DNA of 64,000 bases from Isurus oxyrinchus (lineage: Eukaryota), in assembly GCA_026770705.1 (NCBI GenBank), contig JANJGN010000035.1:6386001-6450000 (forward strand). Direction: 5' to 3'. Position numbers and translations under genes: made by a program. How positions within the stretch are numbered: the first letter of the stretch is position 1; each line of letters begins with the position of its first letter. Of this stretch, positions 25,670-39,624 are shown in pieces. A model generated the notes under the pieces. That model had not been told where the DNA came from. It searched no databases and saw only the letters and a list, made by a program, of their open reading frames with translations.

Positions 25670-28230
25670 CTGTAAATGTCCTCCAAACCATTGCTTCTCT
25701 AAGGAGAATAGGCTCGACTTCTCTAATCGATCAATAGGACTGAAGTTCTCAAATCCAAGCAATTCTCTTGAATTTTTTCTTCAATCTCTCTCTCTCTCTC
25801 CTTTCATCGTTGTGCAACTACAGCTATCATTTTCTAATTCCTTCTCCCTCACATTTTTGCCTATTTTATGGTTAAATGCATGAACACTGCTGACTTCATC
25901 GGGCCCCTCTAGCAGCCAACTCTACTTTTGAACACGCTAAGCAAAAACGTTTACTCCAGAATTCACTATTGGTTTTCTGGATAACTAACTTATATTGATG
26001 GTATCGAGAATCTTGTTCCACACAAGAAAAAACTTTTTCACTTCATTCACTCTATAAAAACCTTTCATAAAATTAAGCACCTTAATTAAGACTCACCACC
26101 GCCTTCTTTTTTCACTCATATCCTGACATGTGCACCAAAGCATTTCTGGTAATACCCTTATAAATCTTCTCTGCATCATTATCAGTGCCTCTATATCATT
26201 TGTTTTTTTTTTAAACATTGATGGCCAGCACTATCCTTTGTATTTAAAGTGTGGTCCGTCAAAGTTCAAGAGATGTTTAGGGTAACTTATCTAGTTTTGA
26301 ATTCTATCCATCAATGAGTGAATGTTAATCTATGGCACAAAGTTTAGAGAGTGATGTATTATAACACATATGTTATTTTACAACTACACCTATACAACAT
26401 CATTCCAAGCAATACATTTCTTACAATATTGTGCACCCCAGCAATTCTTGTTAACCTGTGCTGAACTACATTTTCCAATTATTTGCCATTTTGGTATACC
26501 TTTGTAATGTGTTGCTACCCTTCTCAGTGTTGCCCAGAATCCATCACTGACAATGGGCTTTCAGATGCAAATTTAGTACTTGTATTTTTTAAACCAAAAT
26601 CCAAGCAGTTAACTGAAATTCTAAACAACAGTACCCCAACAATAATGCCTACGGAGCAGCACCTCACACCTTCCTCTAGAAACAACTGTCCTTTAATCCA
26701 ACTCGCTGCCTTCTGCCTTGAAGCCAACTAATAATCCATTCGCTCATTTTCCCCTTAACTGCACGTTTTCAGACTTGATTCACTGGTCAATTATGGGGGA
26801 CCTTATCAAGCCTGTTTCACATACAAATAAATCACTTCTACTGTCATAGCCCAGTGTCTCTGTTACACCCTCAATAACTTGGGCCATGTGATAAATGACA
26901 TTCTGAAATACCATTACCCATTTCTATGTGTTCCTCTATTCTCTTCTTTAAGAAGGGTTCATTTTTTCCCTTCAATTGCGTTGCTTCAGTGGTCTATAAT
27001 TTAATGGAAATGTTCCATATCCCTTCCTAAATATAGAAATTATATTGCCTAGCCCCGTTTCGCTGGAACTGCGCCCATATTTATAATTAATTATAACAAT
27101 GACTAATTTTTATTTTTCAAATGTCTCTTGATTATTCGTATCAAAATGCATCACTTCCTGGCATTACGTTAATCCGCCACGTGTCAACCCATTAGAGCAG
27201 CCTTTATTAAGTCTATGGATATCTCTCAATTTTCTCTCCACATTCCACAATGTTCCCAACTTTCGTGTCAAGTGCAAAATTTGAATCTGGGTTCTGCACA
27301 TCCAGGTCTAGACTATTAATCTTATTGAAAACATAGTGGTCACGGTGAACCCCACAACATATTTTTCTCCAGTGCGAGAAGCAACCTTTCAAGACTGTGC
27401 CCTGTCACTTCTTGCACAGCCATTTTCAAATCATTCTGTCACTTTCTAGTCTATCATACGAAGTTCAGATTTTCTGTCAACGCTATTATATGGCCCGTAA
27501 TAAAGCATATTTTTACAAGTCTATGTACACTGCAACAACAGGAATGCACTTGCCAGCTCTCCTTCTTAGCTGCTCAATAAAGCTAGCTGAAACAGAGGTT
27601 TCATGCTTGATTCCCTTACTGAATGCACACTTGTCAAATTAATATTACTATTTTCCCTATTTATTCTCTGTTAGAGCTTTCGCAACATCAAGATTTAAAT
27701 GCACTTACTGTTCATATCTTTACACACGTTTTTGACCACGAATTTCTGACCTTAGACTACCGCTGTCTGTAAGTAAGAAAGGAGCGTTATAGCCAGCGAA
27801 TCCGAAATCTCCATCCGTACTTTCTCAGCAGTTTCAGAATCATCTTATCAGATTCTGGTGACTTTTGGAACGAAAGGGTAGCTAGGATTTCTAATGCATC
27901 ACCTTTATCATATTTGGTCCGTTTTGTGTCTCAGATATCGCCTCTTTCATGCAAACAGGTTCAAAGATTTCAAAATAAATTTGATGAGAATTTTGAATGA
28001 AGTAAGCTTGTCCTGGCAGGGGGATGGAAGATGGAATATTACTGACTGAATTGTTCTATGGAGCGCTGCCATAAGGTTGGTGGACCCAAGGTCCAGCTTC
28101 TGTGCTGTAAAATAATATACAACTCTGTAAATCTTTGACAGCAACTTCTTCATTGGCAATGGTAAACAAACAAAATAAACTTCCATACTTATTTCGTTCC
28201 ACAGCCATGCCCTCTGTTAAAATGAATTAG
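25670..28230 (-). mobile_element. Cluster of very degenerate CR1 fragments
   Basis: FLEEGVRCCSVGIIVGVLLFRISVNCLDFGLKNTSTKFASE corresponds to GVPQGSVLGPLLF.IYINDLD..I....SKFADD. Confidence 0.6.
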
Positions 28231-29229
28231 TCACATGCTTGTCATGAATCGGCCACAATCCTCAATTAACAAATTTTATATGATTTACATATCTATAGCA
28301 TACCCTTCGATTCCAGTTTGTGCCATCTGCTATCTGCATATATTATCACGCATGCACCCTTTTTTCCCTTCATATTTCTCTCTTAATCTTTTGTCATTAG
28401 ATAGGCTCCTGTATTGTTTGTCTTACATTTGCCAATTGTTGGAATGAACCTGGAAGATATAGAAATATTATCCTCTTCAAAAGAAGAACATCATTGTGTT
28501 GCAGAATGATTTCAATTTACATCGTTCCAGACCTTTCTCACATCAATGAAATTGACCCTCCACCGATTGTTTATTTTTTTTTTAATTCCTAGATTGCTCC
28601 TCGCCCTTTTCCATACAAGCCAAAAACTTGCCTGGCTGAGTACAGACTCTAAATCGCTGAAGAAGCGCGGAGTCATCCAAGACAATGAAGCACATTGGTT
28701 TAGAACCACACTCACCATCTTAAGCATGTTCCCCTTTCACTGTTGGCGCACAATAACAACCCTGTGTAGCAATAGAGTGATTAGAATAATGGTAAATGCA
28801 TTGGATTTTAAATACTAGCTAAACAAGAAAAAAAAAACAAAGTATGCTGTTGTGATTATGATTATGGTATAATATTGCTGCTGCTGATGATGATGATACT
28901 GATTAGTAGTGATAGTTTTTATAATAATAATAAAATCATTAAGTTGAAGCTTTTTTGGAAATGCTGCCTCAGGAACGGCCTGCATCCAATCTCTCATATA
29001 ATTATATTCCTCGTGTATCATTTCACACTAAGTAATACTTTCGTTTAAGACTTTGTTTTCCCTGAAAGGCAACCCCTGTCTTCCGCAGATTCCCCTTTCA
29101 TATGTCCAATTATTTCTGTATATCACTGGAAGGATAATGCAATTCCAAACGTCATAAGTCATCAGTTAAAATAATAAATTTGTTGGTGGTTTGGTAGAAA
29201 GTTATCTTGTAAATTTTTCTCATTTGCAG

Positions 29230-30053
29230 TTGATCTAGTGACGATTGAAACCCTGCCTCCAACAAGCGAGACCTCTCCAAAAACATCATTCATGACCTGA
29301 CAGTCATGAAAGCGGCGGATTTGTTGTTCACTGTAATTGATCTAATTCAGAGGGTGATATTGATTGCTTTTAAAGGATGTTTTTGTTTCATGTATCATAT
29401 ACAGGAATACAGAATCCATGCCATTTTGCTTTCACGTTCACAAGCTGATCGATTTGTGGCCATTGTTTTCAGATCATGAAAGCTAAACACTGCACTGAAT
29501 AAACTGCTACTATGTTTTTAGGAATAATGACAGTGTTCAATTGCTTAAATAACATTTTCTGGTACGTTATGCTGACGGGTTACTTTTACTTCTGAATCTC
29601 CTCTGCCCTGATTTTGTGATATAACATCCGATATTTCCAATTCACTGGCTTGGGTAACAATCAAATTCCTTCACTAGGTTCTCGCTCTGGGGTCCCAGTT
29701 TTACTCATTCTGCTGCTCAAAGTTGTAACCATCAAACACATTTCTGTGAGCAACAGAGCCCTCAGGAGACTCCATTTTCGCAACAGAATTGACCCAAAAA
29801 TTAAAAGCTTAAAGGAAATCGAATGTCTTGACTTTATATCTCTGCGAATGTTATCCTGCTATGGTCAATCTTTGTAAGTATTTCTGTATGGAACAGAATG
29901 TGAGATTTGGATAGTCTGCCCATTGGTTTTCTCCAGCTGCTGAGTTGTTGCACAAACAGTTACATTTTTGTCTTGACTTAGACTAAATTCAGGGAACAGT
30001 TGAAAGATGTGATTAAATATTCCTGTATTCCAATTGTGAAATACATTAGATGA
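29230..30053 (+). pseudogene. GPR139/GPR142-like class A GPCR pseudogene (main exon)
   Basis: Acceptor ttttctcatttgcag at 29229; VDLVTI..LSKNIIH.L.VMKAADLL, DRFVAI, KHCTE, TNSYIFVLT*TKFREQLKDVIKY...IR*; many frameshifts and stops. Confidence 0.8.
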
Positions 30054-30099
30054 TTATAAGACTTGACAATCCAGCGCCAGAACTAAACACTGGCTAATT

Positions 30100-31575
30100 A
30101 TGCTTCACCCACTCTCACGTGATGCTAGTGATACAGCATGAGTCGTCCTTGTAGCAACTTTTCCTGCCTGTGTATCATTGTGAAGACAGGCTCTGTAACA
30201 GCTCGTCGGGCTACAGCTCCAAACACCCCGCTTCCTGTAAGGGTTCCATGTCGTTATCTCAGTTCCTTCGCCTCTGCCCTGTCTTCCTCTTTCCTTATAC
30301 AAGTTTTCCCATACACTGTGGTTGACAGGGCCCTCAACCGTGCCTGAATCATCTCTGCTGCCTCTGTGCTCACATCTTCCCCTCCTTCCCAGAGATAGGA
30401 TAGGATCCCCGTTTTCCTCACTTTCATCCCATCAGTCTCTGCATTCAAATGATCACTCTCCACCATTTCCACAAATTCAGCCTGATGTCACCACCAATCA
30501 CATCTTCCCTGCACCACTCATTCCCCCCACCACCCGCGTGTCTGCAATCCATAGGGACCATTCCCTCCAGGACACCCTGGTCCACTCCACCATCACCCCG
30601 CATAACTCAGCCCTCTCCCACGGCACCTTACCTAGCTATCACAGAAGGTGCAACGTGTCCCATTACCTCCTCCTGCCTCAATGTCCAAGGGTGCATAGAC
30701 TCCTTTCATGTAAAGCAGAGCTTCACTTCGCCTTTTAAATTTTGTCTACTGCCTTCGCTGCTCCCAATGCTGCCTCCTCTATATTGGAGAGAACAAACAC
30801 AAACTGGGTGACCGCTTTGCGGAACACCTTCGGTCTGTCTGCAAGCATGAGCCAGACCTTGCTATCAGCTGCCATTTCAACACCCCATTCTGCCTTCATG
30901 CTCACGTGTCTGTCCTTGGTCCACTACAATGTTCCAGTGAAGCCCAACGCAAACTGGAGGAACAACACCTTATTTTCAGATTAAGCACTTGAAAGCCTTC
31001 TGGACATATATTAAGTTCAAGAACTTCAGACCATGAACGCTCTCCTCCATTTGCATTCCCTTTTTAGTACACTTTTTTCAACATTCATTTTCATTTTTAT
31101 TTTTAAAAAAAATTGATCCACTTATTTTGTTTTCATTTATTTTCATTTTTATTCATTGTTTTATCCCAACCTTGTACCTTTTTACCCACCACTGTCTCCT
31201 CCTCCCACACTAACCAACAAGTGCCATCTGTCATTGTTCATGTGGTTCTTTCGAGGCTGCTTCGAGTCCTGCTATTGTCACATTCTGCTTGCTGACATTA
31301 ATGCCACCTCTTCTAGCCAGTACCGCTGTCATGAACACCCATTTATCCTTTTGCGAATGGCATCTCTGGCAATCTCTCCTTTGCCAGCGACCATTGGCCT
31401 TGTATCCAGTTTTGCCTTCCCCACCCCACTTAAACAGTATAGATTTAATCACACCTTTACTTCTGTTTAGCTCTGAAGACGACTCATATGGGCTCGAAAC
31501 GCTAACTGTTTTCTTCTTTCCAATAATGCTATTGGACCTGCAGAGTTTTTTCGTCATTTTCCGCTTTTGTCTCTG
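30100..31575 (+). mobile_element. Older PLE 3' relic (RT thumb, GIY-YIG, pseudo-LTR)
   Basis: TVVDRALNR, RDHSLQDTLVHST, ctatattggagagaacaaacacaaactgggtgaccgctttgcggaacacc; homologous to 2940-4000. Confidence 0.85.
31468..31508 (+). ncRNA. Minimal hammerhead-like motif with canonical CUGAAGA core (GUH site mutated)
   Basis: agct-CTGAAGA-cgactcatatgggctc-GAAAC-gctaact. Confidence 0.6.
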
Positions 31576-32785
31576 GACACTTTTCTCTGTTTCAAACCTG
31601 CCTGTCCTACCGTGACGTTGTATTCTGTGACGTTAGTGCACTGTCTCTCTCACTCTCACTCTCCCTCTATCCTCTATCTCTCGCTCATTCACCCCCGCTC
31701 CGGCCCTTGCTTACCCAGCTGTCGGCTGTAGTATTGGTAGTAAACGTCCTCAACCAAGTGTCCATGTGCACAGGGCGAATTTACTTTTCATGCTACTGTT
31801 GCTCTGTCGACTTTTGCGTTTTAGAGGGGCCTCTGTATATAAACCTTAAATTTCTTGGAACTAATGTCGTATGATTCCTGGGCATGTTTCCTTGATGAGA
31901 CTGTGTAGGAGAAATTTACTCCAAATACATGAGTGTTAGATGGCGCGGCATATGTGCAATTTTACGTGGTGTTTATAAAGGTTTGCAGCTGCCGTGAGTC
32001 ATTGAAGGCAATCTGCAGAATGAGCCTGATGTTCTATCCAATTTTGCTGCATTTCCGTTCGAGTTTATTTGATGGAACAATGTGCAAACTTTTGCATCTA
32101 TACCGTGCTACACATGTTTTTGGACATTCTTGATGGGAGAGTATAACAAGACCTTTATGTTGTTTCTCTAACTCATGCTGCACCTCCCCTGGATTAGGTC
32201 AATGCGGATGAGTCGGGGAAACTTAAACGTACATTTAGGTGAAGGAAATCTGTCAGTTAAATCTCGTTTCCGCATCTGTGTGAAATGTGTCTTTAAAATT
32301 TGTTATCACCTGAGATTAAATACGATTTCCATTCGTGCATTCCCACAGCTGGAACCTTCTATTTTCTGGCCCAGGTGCAGAGAGGGATGTTTTAATAAAG
32401 ATGACACGTTTAGCTTTTTAAAGAGGTGCGAATTAGATGTTCCTTGCAGATACATAGGATTAAAAGGGTTAAAGTAAACTCATCGTGACATTGAATTGAT
32501 TTACTAATGTCTGACAATTTCCAGTGGGACAGAATGTTGAAGCAAACAAGGGGCAATACTAATTGACGAACTCTGCCCTAGCAAAGTCTACTAAAGTCGA
32601 ACAGGACCAAGGTATCAGCACTGATCCTAGTTCTGCAACTGTTGTTGTGCATTTGGAGCAGCTGTCTTTTAACTTTGGGCCAGTAAATACAAAGGCGTGG
32701 TGGCAAAGATGTTGTTAAGGTCTATGGGCAGGGTGCTGGTGCTTTGGGCTGCTGGGTGGGTGAGATGGTGCGGGACATGCTTGCT

Positions 32786-33440
32786 TATTTATTGATGGGA
32801 GTGGGCGTCGTTTGCAACGCCAGCATTTATTTCCCATCTTAAATTGACATTGAGAAGGCACTGTTGAGTCGGCTTCTTCAGCAGTTCCAGCAGATTTTGG
32901 GTAGGCACACCCACAGAGCTGTTATGAAGATAGTACCACGGTTTTGGCCAAGTGACAGTGAAGGAACAGCAAAATGTTTCCAATCAGGATGATGCGTGGC
33001 TTGTAGCGGAACTTCCAATTGGTGGCATTCCCATGTGTCTGCTGACCTTGTCCTTCTAGGCAGTAGTGGTTCTGGATTTGGAAGTTGTTGTCTAAGGTGT
33101 GTTGGTGAGTTCCTGCAGCGTATCTTTTAAATGGTACAGGCTGCTGCCACTGTTCGTAGTTGATGGAGGGAGTGAAAGTTTAAGGAAGTTTGCAGGTGCC
33201 AATCAAGCGTGCTGCTTTGTCCTGGATGGTGTCAATCTTCTTGAATGTTTTTAGAACTGAAATCATCCATGCAATCGGGGAGTAATCCATCACACTCCTG
33301 ACTTTTGCCTTGTAGACTGTGGACAGGATTTGGGAGTCAGGAGGTGATTTATTCGACGCCGGATTCCTATCCCCCGACTTGCTCCATTCGCCAAAGTATT
33401 TATATGGCTGGTCCAGTTCAGTTTCAGAGGGGTAGATTGG
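32786..33440 (-). mobile_element. CR1-type LINE 3' fragment
   Basis: LSTVYKAKVRSVMDYSPIAWM...KKIDTIQDKAARLIG. Confidence 0.8.
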
Positions 33441-34559
33441 TGATCGGAACCCATCGCGACTGCAGCATTCACTTTTCGCACTGCCGCTTAGGAGATGTAT
33501 AATGACCTTGAACGGGCTGGACCATAGATTCACCAGACTGACAATTGGTTGTAAAGGTTTAAATTATGAGGATGGACTAAACGTTTGACACTTTTGTTCT
33601 CAGAAATACAGAAACTTAAGGAGAGAATTGATGGCGGTGCTTATTCATAAAATTATAATTCGATCGGTGATGTAATTTGCTGTGGTGTTGAAACAATGGG
33701 GAGAAATAAGATAGAATTCAAGCTAGGAGAATTGGCAAAAAAAAAATCCACAACACATTTTGTTCAGAATCATGGAAATCTCGTCAGTTGTGCCTCTCCT
33801 CCTGCCCAATTGCAGGGTTGAGGAGTGCGATGGACAGAATTGTTTTAAGCTTGCATGCCAATAAACATTAGTCAGTGGATCAGGAACCGGTCATGCTATG
33901 ACTTATCTGAATATTAGAGCAGGATGGAGGGCAGAATTCCACTCCCAGTAACATCTTTCTATGAAAAGCATTGAAGGATTAGAAAGTGAACCACACGTCA
34001 CAAGGCCTACGCTGTGACGTTTGCTTGAAGGCACTTTTCTGACCAAGTAGGTTTAGTTGCTTTGCGGCAGGGTTCTTGTTATCAACACTTTCAAATCTTG
34101 CCCGTTAATTTTTTTCCCCATCACAAATAAAACTCCCCCGCCATTTTGGTAACAGATAAAAGAAAATGATGTATCTGTGTTACAAAAACACAGAAATCCG
34201 GTCACTGGAGTACCACTCTTTCACTCTCTCGCTGTTAAGCAATTTATACAACATTTCGCAGCTGTGCTTTGACAGCAGGCCTTTGGTTTTATTTATGTAT
34301 CCGTTTACCTCTGGATGTCATTCAGAGGGTTGATGTGTTCATTTTAACTAATGCATCCCGATAACAGTGTGCACACGAGCATAACTCAGATGCTGCAATC
34401 TGTTTGCTCATTGACTGTAAATAATATGGATGGCCAGGGGCAGAACTGCGCCACTGGAGATTTTCCTTTCCTTGAAATTGGCATTCAGTACAAAAACATC
34501 GACCCTAAACCAAGCCTTGTGCACCAGTCTCAACGTAGCCTGTTCACTTCTCGAAGAAC

Positions 34560-34629
34560 ATGGGATCTCTAGTACTCAGTGAAATAACAGCGATTTACTA
34601 TCCGATTTGGGTGGCTGTTGGCGTTGCTG
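34560..34629 (+). pseudogene. Exon 1 of second GPR139-like GPCR pseudogene
   Basis: MGSLVLSEITAIYYPIWVAVGVA plus one base (phase 1), in phase with the exon at 39625; the donor reads GA instead of GT. Confidence 0.65.
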
Positions 34630-36639
34630 GAATCTGATTACACACCAATATTAATTGCCTAAATCACTGTTAATTATGTTGCTGTTTCCGCTGACTATCT
34701 GAAAAAAGGAAAGGATCTTTTCTTTCTGGCTTTCGTGCACAGTTGTAATTTCTGTTGCCTGATATGCCTTAATATTACTTGGATGACCAAGGTTATGTCA
34801 GTTTTCAAAAAATGTGATCTTACTCAGGTTTCTCATTTTATTCACTCCACTGAATATCACCTTGCTGTGAACTAAGATGATGCAACAGATCCATGATCAT
34901 GAAGGGATTTGTCTTGAGGGATGTAGACAATGCTAGATGGTTTGCTCATCTGTCATTGCACTGGTAAACTGGTATTAGTGGTTCATTCTGTCCATTACCT
35001 GCTGCCTCATTTCCCGTGATAGACTTCCCTTGATGATGCTGAGAATTCCAGTAGCCTTAACCAAGAATTATGAAGGAAGGCAGTTCAGGTGTGTTGCTTT
35101 GTGGGGAAATTGAAGGCAATTATATTTACAAAATAAACATACTGAACTTGAGACTGAACCTGCTGTTAGAACCTGTCTCGAAGCAATTCTTCTCGGAGTA
35201 ATTAGGCTGTGTTGTTGAAGTGTACACAGGAGGTTCTGTGGCTGGACCACTCAGGGGTCTCCGTGCGTCATTAGTGGGTTCGGTGGAAACCATTTCGATT
35301 GTGTTTGTTCTCGATTGGGTTGAGTTTTTTTTTTCCCCCAGATTTGCACGTCACCCTACTGACCTGATGTTTCAAACGTGGAGAGGAGTTTTGAAGTCAA
35401 GAGCTGAGGCATTCGTAGCAGGATAGAAAGCTTCTCTCCAGCTTGCATTTTGCAGTATTCGAGGATGTAAATTGAGATTCACTTAACATTGTAAGCAACA
35501 GACCCAATTGTTGCACTCGTAGTTGAACGAATTCCTCATGGATAGATATACAGTAAGAATCGCACAAAGTGAAATTTTCAGGTTAGTTTCAAGATTTGCT
35601 TCCCCCATGGTAGATTTTACAATCAACGAATCTGCTAACTAAACCTCTGTGCAACAATAACATTTGTTGTTAAAAACTTAACAAAAGGATAATAACACTT
35701 CGGTTTTAGTCGAAGAAAATAGGGGTGCAAAAGAAACAGGAACGGTGCTCCTTACTTGCAGGTCTAGAAGGTTTATAGCTCTGAGTGAAGCACTGAGGAG
35801 TGACAAATCTAATTACAGATTCAACTTATGTTAAACACTTCTACATTATTCAGTAGAGCATTCTTTGGGATTATTCATCGCTGAACTATTTGCAAAACAT
35901 AGTAAAACGTGTGTGCAAGATATTTTATCAATAGATTTAATTAAAAATACGTTCATATGGCTGAATTGAATGTTGAGAATATTAGGATTGCTCAGTCGGT
36001 TTGTCTTTTATATTATCGCCGATGATATGCATTGAGACTATTGCTTCTGAACTTTGACTTAGCAACCGGCTTAAGTATTTTGAGCAGCCTAGCCATAGTA
36101 TTTTTCCTTAAACGTCGTCTTCTTCGGTTACAGCATAAGCATAAATTGTAGCAAATAGATAGTAGCAAAGGGGGCGATCCCCTGACCTCATTAACTTTAT
36201 GGCCCCGGGTTATTGTAGATGGGTAATTGGCGGAAAATCTCGGATGATATATTTAGGTACTCCAAATTGGTACATAAGCGATTGTGCTTGTGCTGATACA
36301 ATCACAACTCTCCTTGCCCTCCTGTGGAGCATTGAATCTCACACAGGAACTGAGATATTACTGCACCTCTTAATTTAACACCGAATAGCCAGTACTAAAT
36401 TAGTACGCAATTTTAATAGATATTGGCCTCGATCTTCCATGCAGAGTCAATGCTGGATGCTCAGCTACTGCGTGCAAAGGTTCTCTAGACAGATGCTGCT
36501 GCACATTTCTTCCATTTTCTTCTGATTCAGGCTGACAAAGGAATGCACAGTCAGCTTCCCCAGAGAACTCTGTCAGAGTAGAGTCCAGGAGGAGGAGGAC
36601 AGGGCAGTAGATGTCGTGCTCTATATGATAAGGTTAATG

Positions 36640-37640
36640 GTCCAGTTTTTGTGTGTGGCTTAGTTAATTGACGAGTGATTGGTTGAGTGAAAACAGTGAG
36701 TGCACTAATGGCTCACTGGGTAAGTGGGCGAGGTGGATAGATGGATGAATGTGCAGTTGGGCGAGGTGGGCAGATTGGTAGATGGATGAGAAGGTAGGTG
36801 GGTAGGAGCCTAATGTGTGTGAGGTGGGGAGGTGGGTTGGTGTGTGATCAGGTGAGATGGGTGATTGATTGGGTGGGTTTATGGATGAGGTTGATGATGT
36901 GTGCCGTTGGATGGGTGCGTGAGGTGGGTAGGTGTGTGGGTTTGTAGCCGGATGGCCATGGCCTAGTAGGTTTGGGTCAAATTGGTGTTCATTTTATTCT
37001 GTCGAGTGTGTCCTGTGGTCGGATGGGCTAGTAGGTCCTGACGGGGCAGGATTAGTCGGGTTGGGGAGTAGTTGTGAATGCTGCGGGGTGTTAGTTCAGT
37101 CAGTATTGTAAATGGGTGAACACGGATAGTTGTTTTTTTGGTTTGGAGCAGTGGGGGATAGTCAGGTTCGGTTGGGCTGTATAGAGCCTGTTCGGGTGGA
37201 AGTCTAGCCTGATCAGATTGTAGTCGAGGGGTCTGGCGTAGTCAGGCCTGGAGGGTTGTCGGGTCGAGGACTGCGGGGGAACCGGGTCTATTCTGCATGG
37301 TAGACATATCGGGTCGAGGGTGCGATGAGTGGGGGTGCAGGTAATCAGGTCTTGTTTTGGGGTGGTTGGGTGCCCAGGGAGCGGTGAATTTGGGGGTTTG
37401 GGTGCAATTCGGTGTAGAGTTCCCTGGGTGTTAGACTAGGTTTAAGCTGCTTAATACTCCCTGGTTAACTATCCTGGTAATTTTTGTGGATCTTGCACCA
37501 GTGTCCAAATCCTACTCGGGATCAGAGATATTTAGGAAAGATTACATGGATTATAGGATTTAGCAATCGGAGGTTTAAGCCTCCCAGGCAATATGCACGT
37601 AGGTCTGAGCCTCAGGAATTCCATAGATTCCTGTTGCATC
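36640..37640 (-). repeat. C/A-rich dispersed repeat (copy 2, inverted), inside the GPCR intron
   Basis: G/T-rich on the plus strand; minus-strand head ends ctaacacccagggaactctac. Confidence 0.5.
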
Positions 37641-38099
37641 GCTTCCGTCATATGTCTGGACTTTGGTCACCTGTAGAACGGCAAATTTGGGTCATTCTCT
37701 CGGCTTTGAGTGATCTAATTCAATGTCGAAGCTGACCAAAGGCACTGAAAGGCGCTGTTACTTCTTTTGTCTCCTAAACAAAATTACTGGCAATGTATAG
37801 CGAGTTAATAACTCTTCCTGTCTCTTCTCCAACATGTTTCTAAGTTACGGGATGCAGACGGCAGCAATTCAGAGTTCCATGTTCTGGATTGCACACATTT
37901 GAAATCATGCCTGACATCCTTTGCCTTATGGTTGTCTTTTGCTGATATTTATTATATTTTCGTGATTTGCCTACGCGTAATCCTCAATCTTAATGCTCTT
38001 CTGCAATTTCTAGTTTATCACGATTTACAAAACACGTCCTTATGTTTTTGAGTTGAAAGTGATCGATATCATAATTTCTCATTTGAATTCCACTAGCTA

Positions 38100-39170
38100 T
38101 ACAATTCTCCATCGACCAAAAAATGCCCCAGGCTAGCCAATTGAATCCAATGCTATATTTGATAAGGCAGCAACAAAAATATTGCAAAATAGAGTGCACT
38201 GTGAAGATTGGCAGTCCTCGAAGCAGATATATCACGTCGACTGTCTTAGGTAACGGGGGAAATAAGGATAGAAACGTTACAACCGTTGGTCTCAATCTAG
38301 CAAAGTCTCCGATCTGGTATCACTGCTAACTGACCGTCCGAATGGAAATGTAACTTCCTGCCTAAACCTAGACCGGAATCAGATAATTCCAGCAAATATA
38401 GCTCAGACAACCGGAAGGCGGTGATTAGAAGAAAGGTTAGAAACAATAATGGCCGAGAAGTAATTCACTTTGTTTAGTTATGAACTAATATATGAAACTC
38501 GGTATTGATTTGTTAAAAAAAAAGAATATGATATTTGACCAAGTCGATCGAGATGTTTGATGATTTAACAGGAGAAGTTGTTGCGGGTAGTGTGGTTAAT
38601 TTCACCTAAATGGACTGCTATTCATTGAAATTTGAAGTATAGAGCATGGTCTCGAAGTTTACAGAATATACGCAATTTGAAAATGCAGTGAACAATGAGG
38701 AAAAGAAACTGACTTCAGGACGATGTTGTCGCAGCATAAAATGGGTGGGCAGTTCGGAGATGAACTGAACACTATGAAGAATAAAGCAATATATTTTACA
38801 AAGAAGAAAAGATAAAATCAATACGTAACGAACAGTTAATTTGAAAAGAAGTACGATAGATTGTAATATAAATCATGCCGATTGAACAAAATACTCGCTT
38901 GGTGGAAAGAATACTTATGAAGCCTGCTAAAAATGCAATGCGATGCTTGAAATTATTAATATGGAGATAGAGTATAGAAGCAATGAAGTTCAGCTAACAG
39001 TATTTTAGAAAATACAAGTTCTGCTTGAGCGATATTTTTTTGTTCAATTCCGATAATCGAATTTTAGGAGAGGCCCCAGTCTTGAAGGAAGTGCAGAAGA
39101 GGTCGACTGAAACAGTACCAGGGATTTGGTACTTGTTTTGCCCCTGATGGATGGGGAAGCTGGCGTATTT
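38100..39170 (+). mobile_element. Degenerate CR1 ORF2 relic
   Basis: ggagatagagtatagaagcaatgaagtt...gaaggaagtgcagaagaggtcgactgaaacagtaccaggg resembles CR1 C-terminal coding sequence. Confidence 0.55.
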
Positions 39171-39624
39171 CCTCTATATGTTTAATGAACTGTGAGGTGG
39201 CTTTTGTTGCCTATCCCTTATTGCGCTGGTGAGGTCTCGGTTTGCACATCCACCATCCCCATATACATTGCACATTTACTTTGATCACTCCACATGTTCA
39301 TTCACGCCTCCCAGTCTCCTTTACTATAACGAAAATTTAATTCTTCGAGGCTAACATTTATCTCTGGTCGCACAGCCAGTCTTCATCCATATTTCAAAGT
39401 CACTGGCCGCACATTGCTCCTTGTTTCATCTTTCTCTATACAGCATGACATATTTATCTTATTTTAGGATGGCCGTTGGCTTATCAATGCCTATTGTCTC
39501 CCTGCTGCTGAATTAAGCTTCTCATTCCATGTTGATTTAAAAAGCTGAATTGAAATTTGCAATGAACGATGTTGTTGAAAGCGTGATGTAATATGTCTCA
39601 AGCCTTTCTCTTTGCTTCTTACAG